Shown here piece after piece: positions 48,002 through 60,394 of a DNA stretch of 64,000 nt. The stretch lies in contig NC_091476.1 of assembly GCF_036971445.1 (NCBI RefSeq), positions 29,388,001 to 29,452,000 on the forward strand. Direction: 5' to 3'. Source of the DNA: Narcine bancroftii (lineage: Eukaryota). The notes beneath the pieces are model-generated. The model saw only the letters and a program-made list of their open reading frames with translations, made no database searches and was not told the origin of the DNA. A program made the translations under genes and the position numbers. Every line of letters begins with the position of its first letter. The first letter of the stretch is position 1.

Positions 48002-50447
48002 TTAGGGGCTGTACCGGTCAGGGGGCTTGAGCATCCGGCATGACCGCCGTGGCGCCGGGATCGGGGTCACCGGAGTCATGTTGCCGGGTGCGGCCACTGC
48101 TCCACTCAATTCCCCAACGGTGTTGTCGACAGACTGGCCTGAGCTTGTGGGGTGGTGCTGGTCCCTCTGTTCAAGCACATGATCTGGGGGAAAAGGAATA
48201 GGGGGAGGTTGGGTTAAAGGCACTGCTGCACCTGATCCAGCTTGGGCTAGGTCCCTTACCGTGACTGTGTCCTCCCGTCCGTTTGGGTACTCAATGTAGG
48301 CATAATGCAAGTTTGCATGGAGCAGAGTCACTCGGTCAACCAAGGGGTCTTCTTAGAGTACCGGACGTGGCGTCGTAAAAGGACTGGACCGGGAACCGTG
48401 AGCCATGCTGGTATGGTTGTACCCGACTCGGATTTCCTCGGGTAAAAGAACATCCTTTCATGGGGGGTGGCATTGGTCGCGGTGCATAGGAGGGAGCGGA
48501 TGGAGTGTAGGTCACTAGTGAGCACATCCTGCCAGCGAGAGATGGTAGCATTCTTTCTTTTGACTTGCCCATTACCGTGTGGATTATAGCTGGTGGTCCT
48601 GCCTGAAGCAATTCCACGCTCCAGAAGGTACTGCTGCAGTTCCGCACTCATAAACGAGGACCCCCTGTCACTGTGGATGTAATTGGGGTACCCAAAGATG
48701 GTGAAGATGCTGTGCAGGGCCTCTATAACTGAGGAGGCAGTCATGTCTGAGCAGGGCACAGCAAATGGGAAGCAGAGGTACTCATCGATGGCTGTAAGGA
48801 TGTAGGTGTAAAGGTTGGTCAATGGTAGGGGCCCCTTGAAGTCTAAGGGGTGGGTGGCTTTGATGACTTGGGTGTTCTCCGGACGGAAGAAGTGGGGCTT
48901 GCACTCAGCGCACACTGGGGAGGCTCGGGTCATGGAGCGAATCTCCTCGACCATGTAGGGCAAATTGCGAGATTTGACAAAGTGCGCGAACCTAGTGACC
49001 CCTGGATGACAGAGCTCCTCGTGGAGTTTCTGCAGCCTGTCCAGTTGCATGTGGGCGCAAGTCCCCCTGGATAGTGCATCTGGTGGGTCATTGAGTTTAC
49101 CTGGCCGATACAGTATATCATAATTAAAGGTGGAGAGCTCGATTCTCCAACTGGCGATTTTGTCATTCTTGATCTTACCTCGCTGGGTATTGCTAAACAT
49201 GAAGGAGACTGCATGTTGGTCAGTCAGCAGCGTAAAGCACCTGGCAGTGAGGTGTGTCTCCAACGATGCACTGCCTCGACTATGGCCTGAGCCTCCTTCT
49301 CGACAGTGGAGTGTTGGCTCTCAGGACCCTGGAGGATTCTGGAGAAGAAGGCTACCGGCTGGGGCCTAGCTCAAAGTGGCTGCCAGTGCAAAGTCAGATG
49401 CATCGCTTTCGACTTGGAACGAAATGGACTTGTTGATGGCATGCAGCGTTGCAGCAGCGATGTCCGATTTGATGTGGTCGAAGGCTGCTCTGGCTTCGGT
49501 TGACAGGGGGAAGGAGGTGGTCTTGAAGAGTGGCCATGCCTTGTCGGCATAGTGTGGAACCCATTGGGCATAGTAAGAGAAAAAAACCCAGGCAGCATTT
49601 GAGTGCCTTCTGGGTGTTGGGGCTGGGGGGGGGGTGGGGGGGGGGGGGCGGGGGCAAGTCCACGAGGGGACACATGTGCTCAGGGTCCGGCATGACCATC
49701 CTGTTTTCCACCACATCACCCAGAATTGCAAGCCGAGTGGTCCGGAAGACACATTTGTTAAAAATTGTAGGTCAAGTGCAGCCGAGTTGCAGTCTGAAAA
49801 AATTTCTCAAGGTGGGCATCATGATCCTCCGTGTCATGGCTGCAGATGGTGACATTTTCCAGATATGGGAAAGTAGCAGTCAGCCCATTCTGGTCCACCA
49901 TCCAGTCCATTTCCCGCTGGAAGACCGCGACATCATTTGTGAACCCAAAGGGTACCCTGAGGAATTGATACAGCCGCCCATTCGCTTTGAAGGCCGTGAA
50001 AGGTTGGACTGCTCGGCGGATCAGCAGCTGATGATAGGCCAAACGCAAGTCAATAGTGGAAAATACATGGTATTTGGCGATCTGATTCACCACATCCGTG
50101 ATCTGTGGAAGGAGGTACGCATCCAGGAGCGTGAAGCGGTTGATTGTCTGGCTGTAGTCAACCAGCATCCGTGGCTTCTCCCCGTTTGTAACAACCACTA
50201 CCTGGGCCCTCCATCAATTCGAGCTAGGTTCGATAATACCCTCATCCAGCAGTCTGCGCACCTCGATGTGACAAATTTCCTGTGTTCAGAACTATATTGT
50301 CAGCTTTTGGTGGCCACAGGCTTCCAGCCAGGGGTGAGATTTGCGAAAAGTGCTACCGGAGCAACTCGGAGGGTGGAGAGACTACAGGTGAGGCCATGGG
50401 GCGTGGGGGTGGGTGGCTCGGGCTGCCGCTGGCAGGAGGTTCCCGAT
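48002..50447 (-). pseudogene. pol: Gypsy pol (RT, RNase H, integrase), disrupted
   Basis: RT: VDYSQTINRFT, TIDLRLAYHQ, PYLENVTIC. RH: ESDASD, DPPDALSR. IN: HEELCHPG..CAECKP, DFKGPLP, IHSDRGSSF, YNPHGNGQVK. Confidence 0.92.
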
Positions 50448-50500
50448 TCTGGACTGGTCGATCTACTTGAGATATACTCCAGTCTTTTAGTTAATAAAAT

Positions 50501-50731
50501 TGTAATGCGCGTCGAAAGAACCAAAGACTTGTTGATCCAAACCAAGGCTTCTATTAACTAAAAGATTGGAGTATATCACAAGTATGTCAACCAGTCCAGA
50601 ATGACCTGGTCTGGCTAAGAGAAATCCTTTAAGACCTGCCAGTAGGTGTGGCTACACTCTCAGCCAATCACAGTCATCCTACACTACAATCTGTACATAT
50701 ACGTATTGGTGATAGAATCTGTACTATCACA
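50501..50731 (-). repeat. 5' LTR of Gypsy element 2
   Basis: TGTAA...TCACA termini. Confidence 0.92.
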
Positions 50732-51119
50732 TCCACATCTACTCTTTCCAAGTATTTCAACATTCAAAATGCTTTTATAAGATCCCCCCTCATTCTTCTG
50801 AACTTCCAAGTACAGTCGAAAAGCCATCAAATGTTCCTCATATACTAATTTCTTTATTTCAGGAATCAATCATGAATTTTCTGAATTCTCTCCAATGCCA
50901 GCCCATCTTTTTTTAAAGGAGACCAAAAACTGCACCCCTTACTCCAAGTAAGGCCTCAGCAGTGCCTTACAAAACCTCATAATCACATCCCTGCTTTTAT
51001 ATCCTACTCCTCTAGATATAAATGCTAGCATTGCATTCACCTTCAACACTGACTCAACCTGGATGTTAACTTTTTGGGTATCCTGCACAAGGACTCCCAA
51101 GTAGCTTTGCATCTCCCCT

Positions 51120-51630
51120 AATCCCACCTTTATTTTCCCTGTATTCCCATCAATTTCCCTCCCTCTATTCCAATGTTCACACTTGGAAACTTTTATAGCA
51201 AGCAATTAACATACCAACCCACACACCTTTGAGATTTTAATTTTAATTTAGACATTCAGCATGATAACAGGCCATTTCGGCCCATGAGTCCGTGCTGCCC
51301 AATTTACATCCTATTAATCTACATCCTCCAGTATGTTTTGAATGGAGGGAATCATCTGGAGGCCTTGGAGAAAAGTCACACAGACATGGGGAGAATGTAC
51401 AAACTTCTTGCAAACAGCATGGGATTCGAACCCAGGTTCGGTTCTGATCGCTGGCACCGTAAAGACGTTGCGCTAATGGCTACACCCACCATGTGGGAAG
51501 AAACTGAAGCAGTCGATAAATATAAATGTGGCCACTGGCAGAATGTGCAAACTCCACACAATGAAGGTCACAAATGAACCAGGTCCCTGGTGCTGTGAGA
51601 TACCAGCTCCATTGACTGCTGCACTCTGAT
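51120..51630 (-). mobile_element. Nested V-SINEs: younger copy (about 51235-51490) inside an older copy
   Basis: Two V-domain cores (51388 GGGAGAATGTACAAAC; 51540 AGAATGTGCAAACTCCACAC). The older body CACCTTTGAGA|TGTGGGAAGAAAC is split. Confidence 0.7.
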
Positions 51631-51698
51631 TACCTGACCTGTCTCAGTAAATCACAAGAACTAAAAGTACAGTTATCAAAATGATAAACAACTTTATA

Positions 51699-51883
51699 CA
51701 GTAAAACCTCTGGGGATTGATAGATGCTGGATGTGTATTTGCCGGTTGCTTGAGATTGGATGTTGCGGGATTGACGAATTAACAGCTCGGGGTGCCAATT
51801 GGAAACTTCCGTATTTTTCGCTTATTTATTTTCCGTGTTTCTTTTGCCAGTTGCTTGAATTCTGGATAATGGGGATTTTACTA
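51699..51883. mobile_element. Tc1/mariner-type MITE
   Basis: TA|CAGTAAAACCTC...GGGGATTTTACTA|TA. A related terminus GGGGTTTTACTG|TA ends at 30347. Confidence 0.7.
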
Positions 51884-52662
51884 TACTTCTAGTCAAGAGC
51901 AGTAACATATTATACGTCCAAGTGTATTCCCTTACTGCTGGTTTTCTGTGTATCTTTCCTGCCATACTACATCTTTGGCTTGTTACTCCAGCAGCTGCAA
52001 CCATGTGGTGGATGGTTGATCCTGTCTGGAGGCAGTTGCAGATAGCATGATGACCTGATTTCACACCTTGTTTCACCATGAAAAGAAATGAACTAGGTTT
52101 GCTGGCTGTTTGCAACTGTGAGAACATTGTTTGGACAAGAGGAGGGGAAGTGTAAGCCTTTCATCATGAGAGTGGACTCCAATGGCCCTGGGGCATCAGC
52201 AGTCTGAGAAATGCCCCAATTAATGCTGCAAATCAGGCCTGTCATCTGCCTGAAACTGAAGAGCCGAACCCAGAGTATAATTTTAATTACCGGATTAGGC
52301 GTCAGAGGCTAAAGATCTGTTCCTATGCTGTACTGTTCCAAGTTATAGCACAGTACCCAGTCAGTAAGTTTGTTGCCTGCATGAAATGGAAGCTGAGATC
52401 TAAGCTTGCAAAGGCTGCACAATGATCAGATCTGCAGGTATCTCATTCCCACTTTGATGCTGTAAATGATGGAATTCATACAAAGCTGAAGCTGATTTTC
52501 TCTCAGTATTTCACATCCAATCATGCCCCAAGAATGTAAATGTTCATGTACATCAACCTCCTTCCTATTTCAAGTGATCCTTGAATACCTGGGTTGTGAA
52601 AGGCACATAGGTATGGTCTAGGGGAGGGGAAAAGACTCAAAAAGGTCCACATTTAAACTATA

Positions 52663-53330
52663 TGAATCAGAATCAGAATTTATTGTCATAAACATGTCAC
52701 AAAATTGGTTGTTTGGAGGCACCATCACAGTGTCACCTTACAAAATAAATAAAAATAGTGCAAGAAAAAGAAAAGGTCAAAGTGAGGCAGTGTCTGTGAT
52801 TCATTGATTATTCAGGAATCTGGTGGCAGCAGGGAAGATGCTGTCCTTGTGGCACTGAATGCTCGTCCAGGCTCCTGTACCTGTTTCCTGATGGTAACAG
52901 AGTGAAGAGGGCATGACCTGGGTGGTGAGGGTTCTTGAGGACAGAGGCTGCTTTCTGAAGACACCGCCACTTGTAGATGTCCTCAATGGAGTGAAGACGG
53001 TGCCCATGATGTTGCAGGCCAAGTTAACAACCCTTTGGAGTTTTTTTCTTGTCCTGAGCATTGGCACGTCCATACCAGAAAGTGATGCAACCAATTGGAA
53101 TGCTTTCTACGGTACACCTGCAGAAGTTTTTGAGTCTTCGGTGACATCCCAAATCTCCTCAAACACCTCACAAAATATAGCCACTGGCGAGGCTTCTTTG
53201 AATCGACATGGAGGCTCCAGGACATTGGAAATGTTGACCCCCAGGAATTTGAAGTTCTTGACCCTCTCCACAGCGGACTCCTCGATGAGGACTGGGTCAT
53301 GTTCCCCTGATTTCCTTCTGAAGTCCTTGT
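52663..53330 (-). mobile_element. Rex1/Babar 3' fragment
   Basis: DFRRKSGEHDPVLIEESAVERVKNFKFLGVNIS and RKKLQRVVNLACNIMG. (TTCTGA)n tail. Confidence 0.9.
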
Positions 53331-53921
53331 AAATTGTAATCTGTAACCTGGAGAGATTGCAAGATGAGAGGGAACTTGCATGACACAAATGCGTTTGCTA
53401 TAAGTGTGGTGTTATCATGCACATATTCTGCTCTTTTAGTTGTCATTACCCTGTCCTTGACTTGCTCCATCACATGGATGTGTAGATTTTGCATGCTCAG
53501 CAGGGATTCATATACAAACTCCTTGGATTTGCTCAGACTAACAGAATTATATTTGCATATTTATTATAAAAATGACTTGATCCTTGGTCTCTAATTACAA
53601 GTTTAGCTTTTAATTATTTTTAGGGTTGAGGCATGACATTTGATGGGCTAGTCTCTCTGCAACTTGAATTCAAGCCCCAGTTCTCCTTTCCAACAGTAAG
53701 CATTCTACAATAAGCATGTTTGGGGACCCTCAATGTAATTATTTGGAGGCACAGAATCCATTTTATTCAAAGTTGTGTTTTGATAGATTGTCTGAGCAAA
53801 AGCAGGTTCCTTTGTGATCAAAGTAATAAATCTCTGAGTTTAGGATTGAGGGAATTTACTTGTTTTTTAACATAAACTGAAAGAATCAACAGTCTGTTCA
53901 ACCCCATTGGTGGCTTTTCAG

Positions 53922-54170
53922 CGATATGCTGGAGAAAGTCAATGGGTCAGGCAGCATCTCTGAAGGGAAATGAAGTGTAGATATTTGTGCAAGACCTTTC
54001 ATCAAGACTGATTGTAGAAAGGGAAGCCAGCCAGTATAAAGTTGACAGGAGGAGTGAGACAGGGGCCAGTAGATGGCTAATGGATGGTGATGGATGACAG
54101 ACAGAAGGAGCTAGATGGGAGAGGGGGAAAGAAGGGGGTTGGAAGAGGAAGACAGAGGCAGGTGAGTGTT
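53922..54170 (-). mobile_element. Degraded Penelope-like terminal repeat
   Basis: ATGCTGGAGAAAGTCAATGGGTCAGGCAGCATCT...CCTTTCATCAAGACTG plus a purine-rich tract. Confidence 0.55.
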
Positions 54171-55281
54171 TTGTCTAAATTTCAGTATAAGTGACTAGCA
54201 ATCAGTTTTTCCATTTTGCCCAAGACTAACTTCAAACTTTTTGTCAAAAGGTAACAAGGCTTTCCCCTGCGCTAACCCAAGCAGAGTACCAAGGCCAGGA
54301 AATAAGTACTCATCAGCACCCTGTCTCCCCTTGATCATTTAGTTTAAAAGGAACTGACATGCATTTATTGAATACTTGAACGAAAAAGAAAGTGGTTAAA
54401 ACTCAAAATTATGGAAACATTTTAATGATTAAATTGCTGGAGCAGTTGGTGTGTTTTCATTGTTCATTTCTTTTGTTATATTATGAACCAGTATGAACCA
54501 GTAAATATAAATCAGCAGATTTATTAGGGCAGAGGAGTATCAAGTTAACTCTTTTCTGTTCATATCATAGTTTATTGCATAGATTACAAAAAAAAAGCAA
54601 GCAGAAATTCTTTTTGTTCTAGGGCAGAGATCTTCAACTGTGGCTGAGTATTATTCCTTAATGAATTAGAAACCTGTGGTTAAAAAGGAGCAGAGAGAAA
54701 AAAAAACGTTCCAAGCCATTGCACAGCACAGCTCAACTCAATAATTAACGTTGTTCCCCTTGGTCACAGCGCCAGAGAGCACAGCTGCTCAACTCTTTCA
54801 TCTGCTGCAGTTAGGGAGGAGATAATGACATTAGCTATGGACAAAGCTGTCACATCAGGTTTCATGGGGCATGACAGGGAGATATTGCTAATGTCTCTAG
54901 CATCAGGCTGTGTGATATTTGAACAACCAATGGAAGTAATTAGTTGCTATTACACCAATATTTCACACTGATGCATGGCACCATGCTGTATTCACATTAG
55001 GGCAATATTATTGCCAAGCGCCTCTGCATTTCAGCTGCAGGACTAGGATTTAACGACGCCAGCAGCAAAACAACAGTCTTTATTTTGGGAGAATGTACAG
55101 GCTCATTGGCCTCATGTCAAAGAACTCAGGGCATGACCAGTGGCCATTGACTATCTAAATGGCTTCAGAAATCAAGAGCCAGTCCATCTGATAAGCAGGT
55201 TAATGACATTGAAACGAGACACTGTGGCTTGTGGAAATCAGAAAGAGAAACGGAAAAAGATGGAACAGGAATTTTTTTTAA

Positions 55282-55500
55282 AATCTGCAGATTCTGGAAA
55301 TCTAACAAAGACACAAAATGCTCGAACTGATCTGTACCTGTGGGAAGAGAAACAGAGTCAACATTTCAGGTCTAAAGTTCTTTGCCAGAGCTTTGCCTTC
55401 TGATGAAGGGTGTTCAACTGATGCATCAACTCAGCTTCTCTTCCCACAGGTGCAGCCTGACCTGCTGAGTATCTCCAGCATTCTGTCTTTGTGTTTCGAG
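55282..55500. repeat. Inverted pair of Penelope-like terminal repeats forming a hairpin
   Basis: Perfect 16-bp arms at 55336-55351 and 55436-55451, with further outer pairing. CTGATGA at 55400-55406. Confidence 0.7.
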
Positions 55501-56859
55501 TGGTGGAATAAGCCCAGAAAGGCAGCATCTGTGCAGAAAGAAACAGTTAATATTCTGGTTCAACATCAGGACTGGAAAACCAAAGAGAAAAATACACTTG
55601 AGATGTTTAAAAAAAACTGGGGAGGAGAGAGGATGAAGGAACAAGAGGGAAGATCTGTAACAGGGTAGAAAGAAGGAAAGATTAAATAATTATAGAGGAT
55701 GATCAAAAGAGACGTAATAGCTGATGGCCAGTGAATAACCCTATCATGCTGTTAAAGCCATTATATTTAACAGATTAATTATTGGATACAGGCTCATGAC
55801 ATCAGATAAAAAATAACTAATTTAAAAATATTAATAGGTATATATGGACACACAATGTTCAATATTGAAAGCAACAATGTTAAAAATAATTTAACATGAT
55901 CTGATCTGAATCAGGTAATTGCCCTTATTTACACTCCCTCACAATGCCCGGATCAGAAGTTGCATCAAACCAACACTTTATTGTTGTAAATAAAATGTCT
56001 ACTATTGAAAAGTGAAAGAAAAATCTTGAAAATAACTGAAATAAAAACAAGGTGGGCTGGAGAGTATTGTGAAGAGAGGAAGAGAGCTGGCGTTTCAGAA
56101 CAATAGCCTTTCATCAAATTACATTTAAATTATGGATGAAAGAATGGGTTGGAGAGAAGAAATAGAATGTATATGTGAGGGTGGAGACCAAGAGAGATTG
56201 GATGACACAAGTGATGGTGGTGAAGGTTGAGAAAGGGTGAGGGAGTTTATTCGAGGTTGTTGATTGGGTTGGGGAAGATGTAAATAAATCTTAGAGATTA
56301 GAGGAAAATATAACGTGTGAGATAAAAACTGTGAATGTCAAGATATCTGAAATAAAGCAGAGAATGTGAAAAATGCATAATAGACCAGCACTTGAGGAGA
56401 GTGAGAACTAGGGTTATGGCAGATTTAGTGCCACATATGATATTCTGTCTAGTGCAGAATATTGTGTATGATATTAAATAAGCATTATGCATCATATATT
56501 ACGAGGACCTGCTGGAATTAAATAAATGGTTTTTTTGTAATTGAAATTTTAATTTATGGCATTAGAGATTTTTTTTTAAATCTTGCATTAAAAATAGTTA
56601 AAGTAGCCTCACTTTAATAATGACAAGGAATGATTTAAAAGCATAAGTTCATGAAGTCTAAGGCAAATGGAGACAAAAATTGGAAGTATGTTGAATGGCA
56701 TTGATCACAATTTTCTCTTTGATTCCATCGAGTGGCATTTAAGCCAGTTAAATACATGCCTTACCTTCTGAATGTAGCATATTCAAGTGTGATTGAAGCA
56801 GAACAAGTTATATGCTGTTGGGTCAAATTCCTGTGATGCTCTCACTCTATTTTCTCACA

Positions 56860-58682
56860 AGAGCTGCTTTATTTTATGTTGTATATTAATGATTGGGATT
56901 GTGGAATGAATGGCTTTGTGGCCAGGTTTGCAAAAGATATGAAGGTAGGTGGAGAGCAGGTAGTGTAGAGGAAACACAGAGGCTGCAGAAGGGCATAGAC
57001 AGATTAAGACAGGGGTCCACAACTTTTTAGACCGTTGACCCCTTCAGTGACTTTGTGGTCCCTCATCAATCCCCAAGAATTCCAGAGCTGGTCGGGGGGT
57101 AGGGGGGGAGGGGGCTGGACGGAGAAGCGAGTGCTGGATGCGGGGAGGGGGTCTGGACTAGGGGCAGTTGGACAGGGGGCTGGATGGGGGGGGGAGACTC
57201 CTGTACACGGAAGGGGTGCTGGACGGGGGGGGGTCTGGGCTAGTAGGGGCTGGATGGGGGAGGGGTGAACAGGGGAGCTGGACGTGATGGGGGCTGGACA
57301 GGGTGAGTGCTGGATAGGGTGACAGATGTCTGATTTTAGGCCAGACAGTCCAGCTTTTGAGCCCTCTGTCCTCTATTCGGCACCATCTTGAGCCAGACAT
57401 TAATTTGTCCCCCATTTGGGGATGTAGGCCCTACACTCCCAAATGGAGGAAAATTAAGGGGCAGAAGTGCACTTATTTGTTAGGTGTAGAGTCCCAAGGT
57501 CCACAGGCCCTGCGTCGCTGGCTGGCGCATGCGCAATGAGGGGGAAATGTGACAGCGATGCTTGAAGTGCCAGCTGGTGCATGAGCAATGAGGGGGAAAA
57601 GTGACGGCGGCGCAATAAGGTTCACGTCAGGTAAGCATTTCCTTCCTCTCACCCCGGTCCAGCACGGGTGTGGGGTGGGGGGGAGTGGTGGCATCAATAA
57701 CGGCTATGCTAGTCTAGGCGGGTGAGGTGGGGGTGTTGGGGAGTTGCTATTTTATATCGACCTCCTCCCCCCCACCGGTGTTATCGACCCCCTGGATGGT
57801 CCCATTGACTTCTTAGGGTTGATATTGACCATTTTGGAGACCTTTACATTAGGAGAATGGGCAGAGAAGAGACAAATTAAATACAATGTCAGAAAGTCTA
57901 AGGTAGAGAAAAAAAAGGGCTCTCTATTTTTTTTTTAAATGGGGAGAAAATTGAAAATACCCAGATGCAAAAAGACCTGGGAGTCCTCATGCAGGATAAC
58001 CTGAAGGTAGACTTGCAGGTTGAGATAGTGGTGAAGAAACCAAATGCAATGCTGGCATTCATTTGAAGAGGAAAAGGATACAAGTGCAGGGATATGGAAG
58101 TTCTATAAGGCACTGGTAAAGCTTCCCTTCTAGTATTGTGAGGCATTTTGGAGTCCTAGTTTAAGAAGAGATGTGCTGAAGTTAGAGAGGGTTCAAAGGA
58201 ACTTCACTTGGATGATTCTTTGAATGATAGGGTTGTCATTGAGGAGTTTGACAGCTTTTGGGCTGTATTCGTTGGAATTTAGGAGAATGAGGTGGGATCT
58301 CATTGAAATATTTCAAATTTGGAAAGGTATGGACAGCAGAGTAGATGCAGGAAGGTTGTTTCTCATGGTGGGAGAGTCCAGGACAAGGCGGCACACTTCA
58401 GGATTAAAAGGCATCCACTGACAACAGAGATGTGTTGGAATTTCTTCAACCAGAGGGTGGTAAGTCTGTGGAATTTGTTGCCATAGGCAATTGAGAAGGC
58501 CAAGTCATTGGGTGTAGTTAAGACAGAGATTGATAGGTGTTTGATTAGCCAGGAAATCACAAGTTAGAGGGAGAAGCCTGGGCAGTGGGGCTGAGTGGGA
58601 AAATGGATCAGCTCATGATTAATTGGCAGGGAAGATTTGATGGGCTGAATGGCTAATTTCTGTTCTTGTGTCTTATGGTGTA
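56860..58682 (+). mobile_element. CR1 fragment split by a hAT element
   Basis: RT segment at 56860-57009 resumes at 57847 (LGEWAEKRQIKYNV...FGLYSLEFRRMRWDLIE), ending in the 3' UTR. Confidence 0.85.
57010..57846. mobile_element. Non-autonomous hAT (Charlie-like) element, GC-rich
   Basis: CAGGGGTCCACAA...TTGGAGACCTTTA termini. 8-bp TSD GATTAAGA/CATTAGGA (57002-57009, 57847-57854) within the CR1. Confidence 0.75.
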
Positions 58683-59024
58683 TAATCCATGATTATACAG
58701 AAAATAGATTATTGATATTATTGATATATTTACTGATTCTTTGCTATCTGAAGACAGGTCAAGTGTTGCCTATACTTGAAAGTTGGAGGGATCCATGGAA
58801 TTTAAGTTGCAGTCTCATTCATCAAAGATTGAAGGATCATCTGAGATTACATGGAGAATTATTTATCTGAAAATATATTTCACAATTAGCTCTGAAATGT
58901 AAGGAGGCAAATAAGAATCATTAAAGTTTGTGGAAGAGGCCTAAAAAACTTTGAGATCTGCATTGGTATTTTTGATCTTTTTTACACCCGGGGTCTTCCT
59001 CTTCAAAAGAGCCATGCTTATGTA

Positions 59025-59335
59025 GAGAGATACAACAATGCTACAGGTCTTTGCTCTGCTGAGATCCTGCTGACCATCAGCCACCCATGTCACGGATCCT
59101 TTATTAATCTCACATTCTCATCTACTCTTTCTAGATCCTACTCATTTATGCAAGAGGCAGTTTACTATAGCTAACATGACATCCCACACATATTTAAGAC
59201 ATGGGAGAAAACTGCAACATCAGGAGGAAACCTATGCATTTACAGTGAACCTACAAACTCCACACAGAGAGCACAGGAAGGAAATGGTCTCTTGTGCTGT
59301 GAGACAATAGCTCTACCAGTCTCATTACATTGCTG
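59025..59335 (-). mobile_element. Old V-SINE
   Basis: ATGGGAGAAAACTG...TACAAACTCCACACAGA...GCTGTGAGAC. Confidence 0.65.
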
Positions 59336-60394
59336 TCTACAGAAATTCCAGGATCTTCCTGGTGAATTCTTTCCCTCCTCCCCCACCCCATGAAATCAGG
59401 TGCATTTCTGCCATGATATTGGTCAAGATGATTAAATCAACAAGAATACAATGCTCACATTAAAAAATTATTAGAGAAGTTACTGGCAGATTGTGGATCA
59501 CATTGGCTCAAGATGATTTTGAACTCTGTGTCCCTTCTTCCCATGAGCTATAGAATGGTCTTGTTTGTCGAGGACAGACATATCACCCTCAGGCCCCCAT
59601 CTGGGTGGCCTTGACTCATTTGCCTCAATGAAGAAGGACAATAAAAACCTTTTTGTTATCATCCTTGGGAGCCTTGATTCCTCTGTGAGGTGCATAGGAT
59701 GGAATGTCAACAGTGGGATGAGATGATAGTGATGCAGACTAGAAGGGTGATTGCAGAGTTCTTTCCGAGAATGTGCTGGTCTAAGCCTCAACTTGATACA
59801 TCTTATTTAGTCATGAAATGTCTTTTAACATCGCTTCATAATTTGAGGATGTTTACAACTGGTCAACACCAACCCAACATCTTTGAGAGTCTTTTCTAAT
59901 TGTGGCCCTGCTGCTCAACCCCCCTGGGCCTCTATCTCCTGAACCAGCTCCTGTTGCATGTTGCTTGGCTATTCAATGAGCAGCACATAATGGTAAAGTT
60001 AATGGGCATGTACTGCAATGTCAGATGCAGGCACTGGAATCTCATTTTTCCAAAAGGCTTCTGGTGTTTGCACAGCTCTGGTTGTAATGGTGTCACACTG
60101 GTGACCAGGATGGTGAATTATGTCCAGAGGCAGGGTAGTCTATCTCCTTCAGGAATTATCTTCTGAGCAGTACTGGATATTGGCTGTAGTCCAAAGCTTC
60201 AATTTATCAAGGAAAGGGAAACAAATGGGTTCTGCATAATAAGAGATGCCATTAGGTATGCATTAGATGTGGAGAACATCAGAAACACTAATGACAATAG
60301 TATATGGAAGTGCCCTGTTCAATTGCACCATGGGTGCAATTTCACCCAGAAATAATTACTATTGCAATCGCCTCAGATTAAATTGCTCTTAAAG

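Larger units (their letters stand above)
47742..50731 (-). mobile_element. Internally deleted Ty3/Gypsy LTR retrotransposon (gag and PBS missing)
   Basis: LTRs at 47742-47962 and 50501-50731. 5-bp TSD TCCAC (47737-47741, 50732-50736). Minus-strand PPT AAAGAAGGGGTGA at 47963-47975. Confidence 0.93.
47408..51118 (-). mobile_element. CR1 fragment split by Gypsy element 2 (pieces 47408-47741 and 50732-51118)
   Basis: MVGESRTKGHNFRFKG on one side. KVNAMLAFISRGVGYKSRDV and RLYLEVQKNEGG on the other. The pieces are collinear across the TSD. Confidence 0.85.

Noticed and set aside
48002-48343. env-like extra ORF in Gypsy element 2
   Set aside because: It is the frameshifted integrase C-terminus (HANLHYAYIEYPNGREDTV), with no signal peptide or transmembrane segment.
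49530-50561. 343-aa plus-strand ORF
   Set aside because: It is antisense to Gypsy RT, runs through a poly-G expansion and the fold-back scar, and has no recognisable domain.
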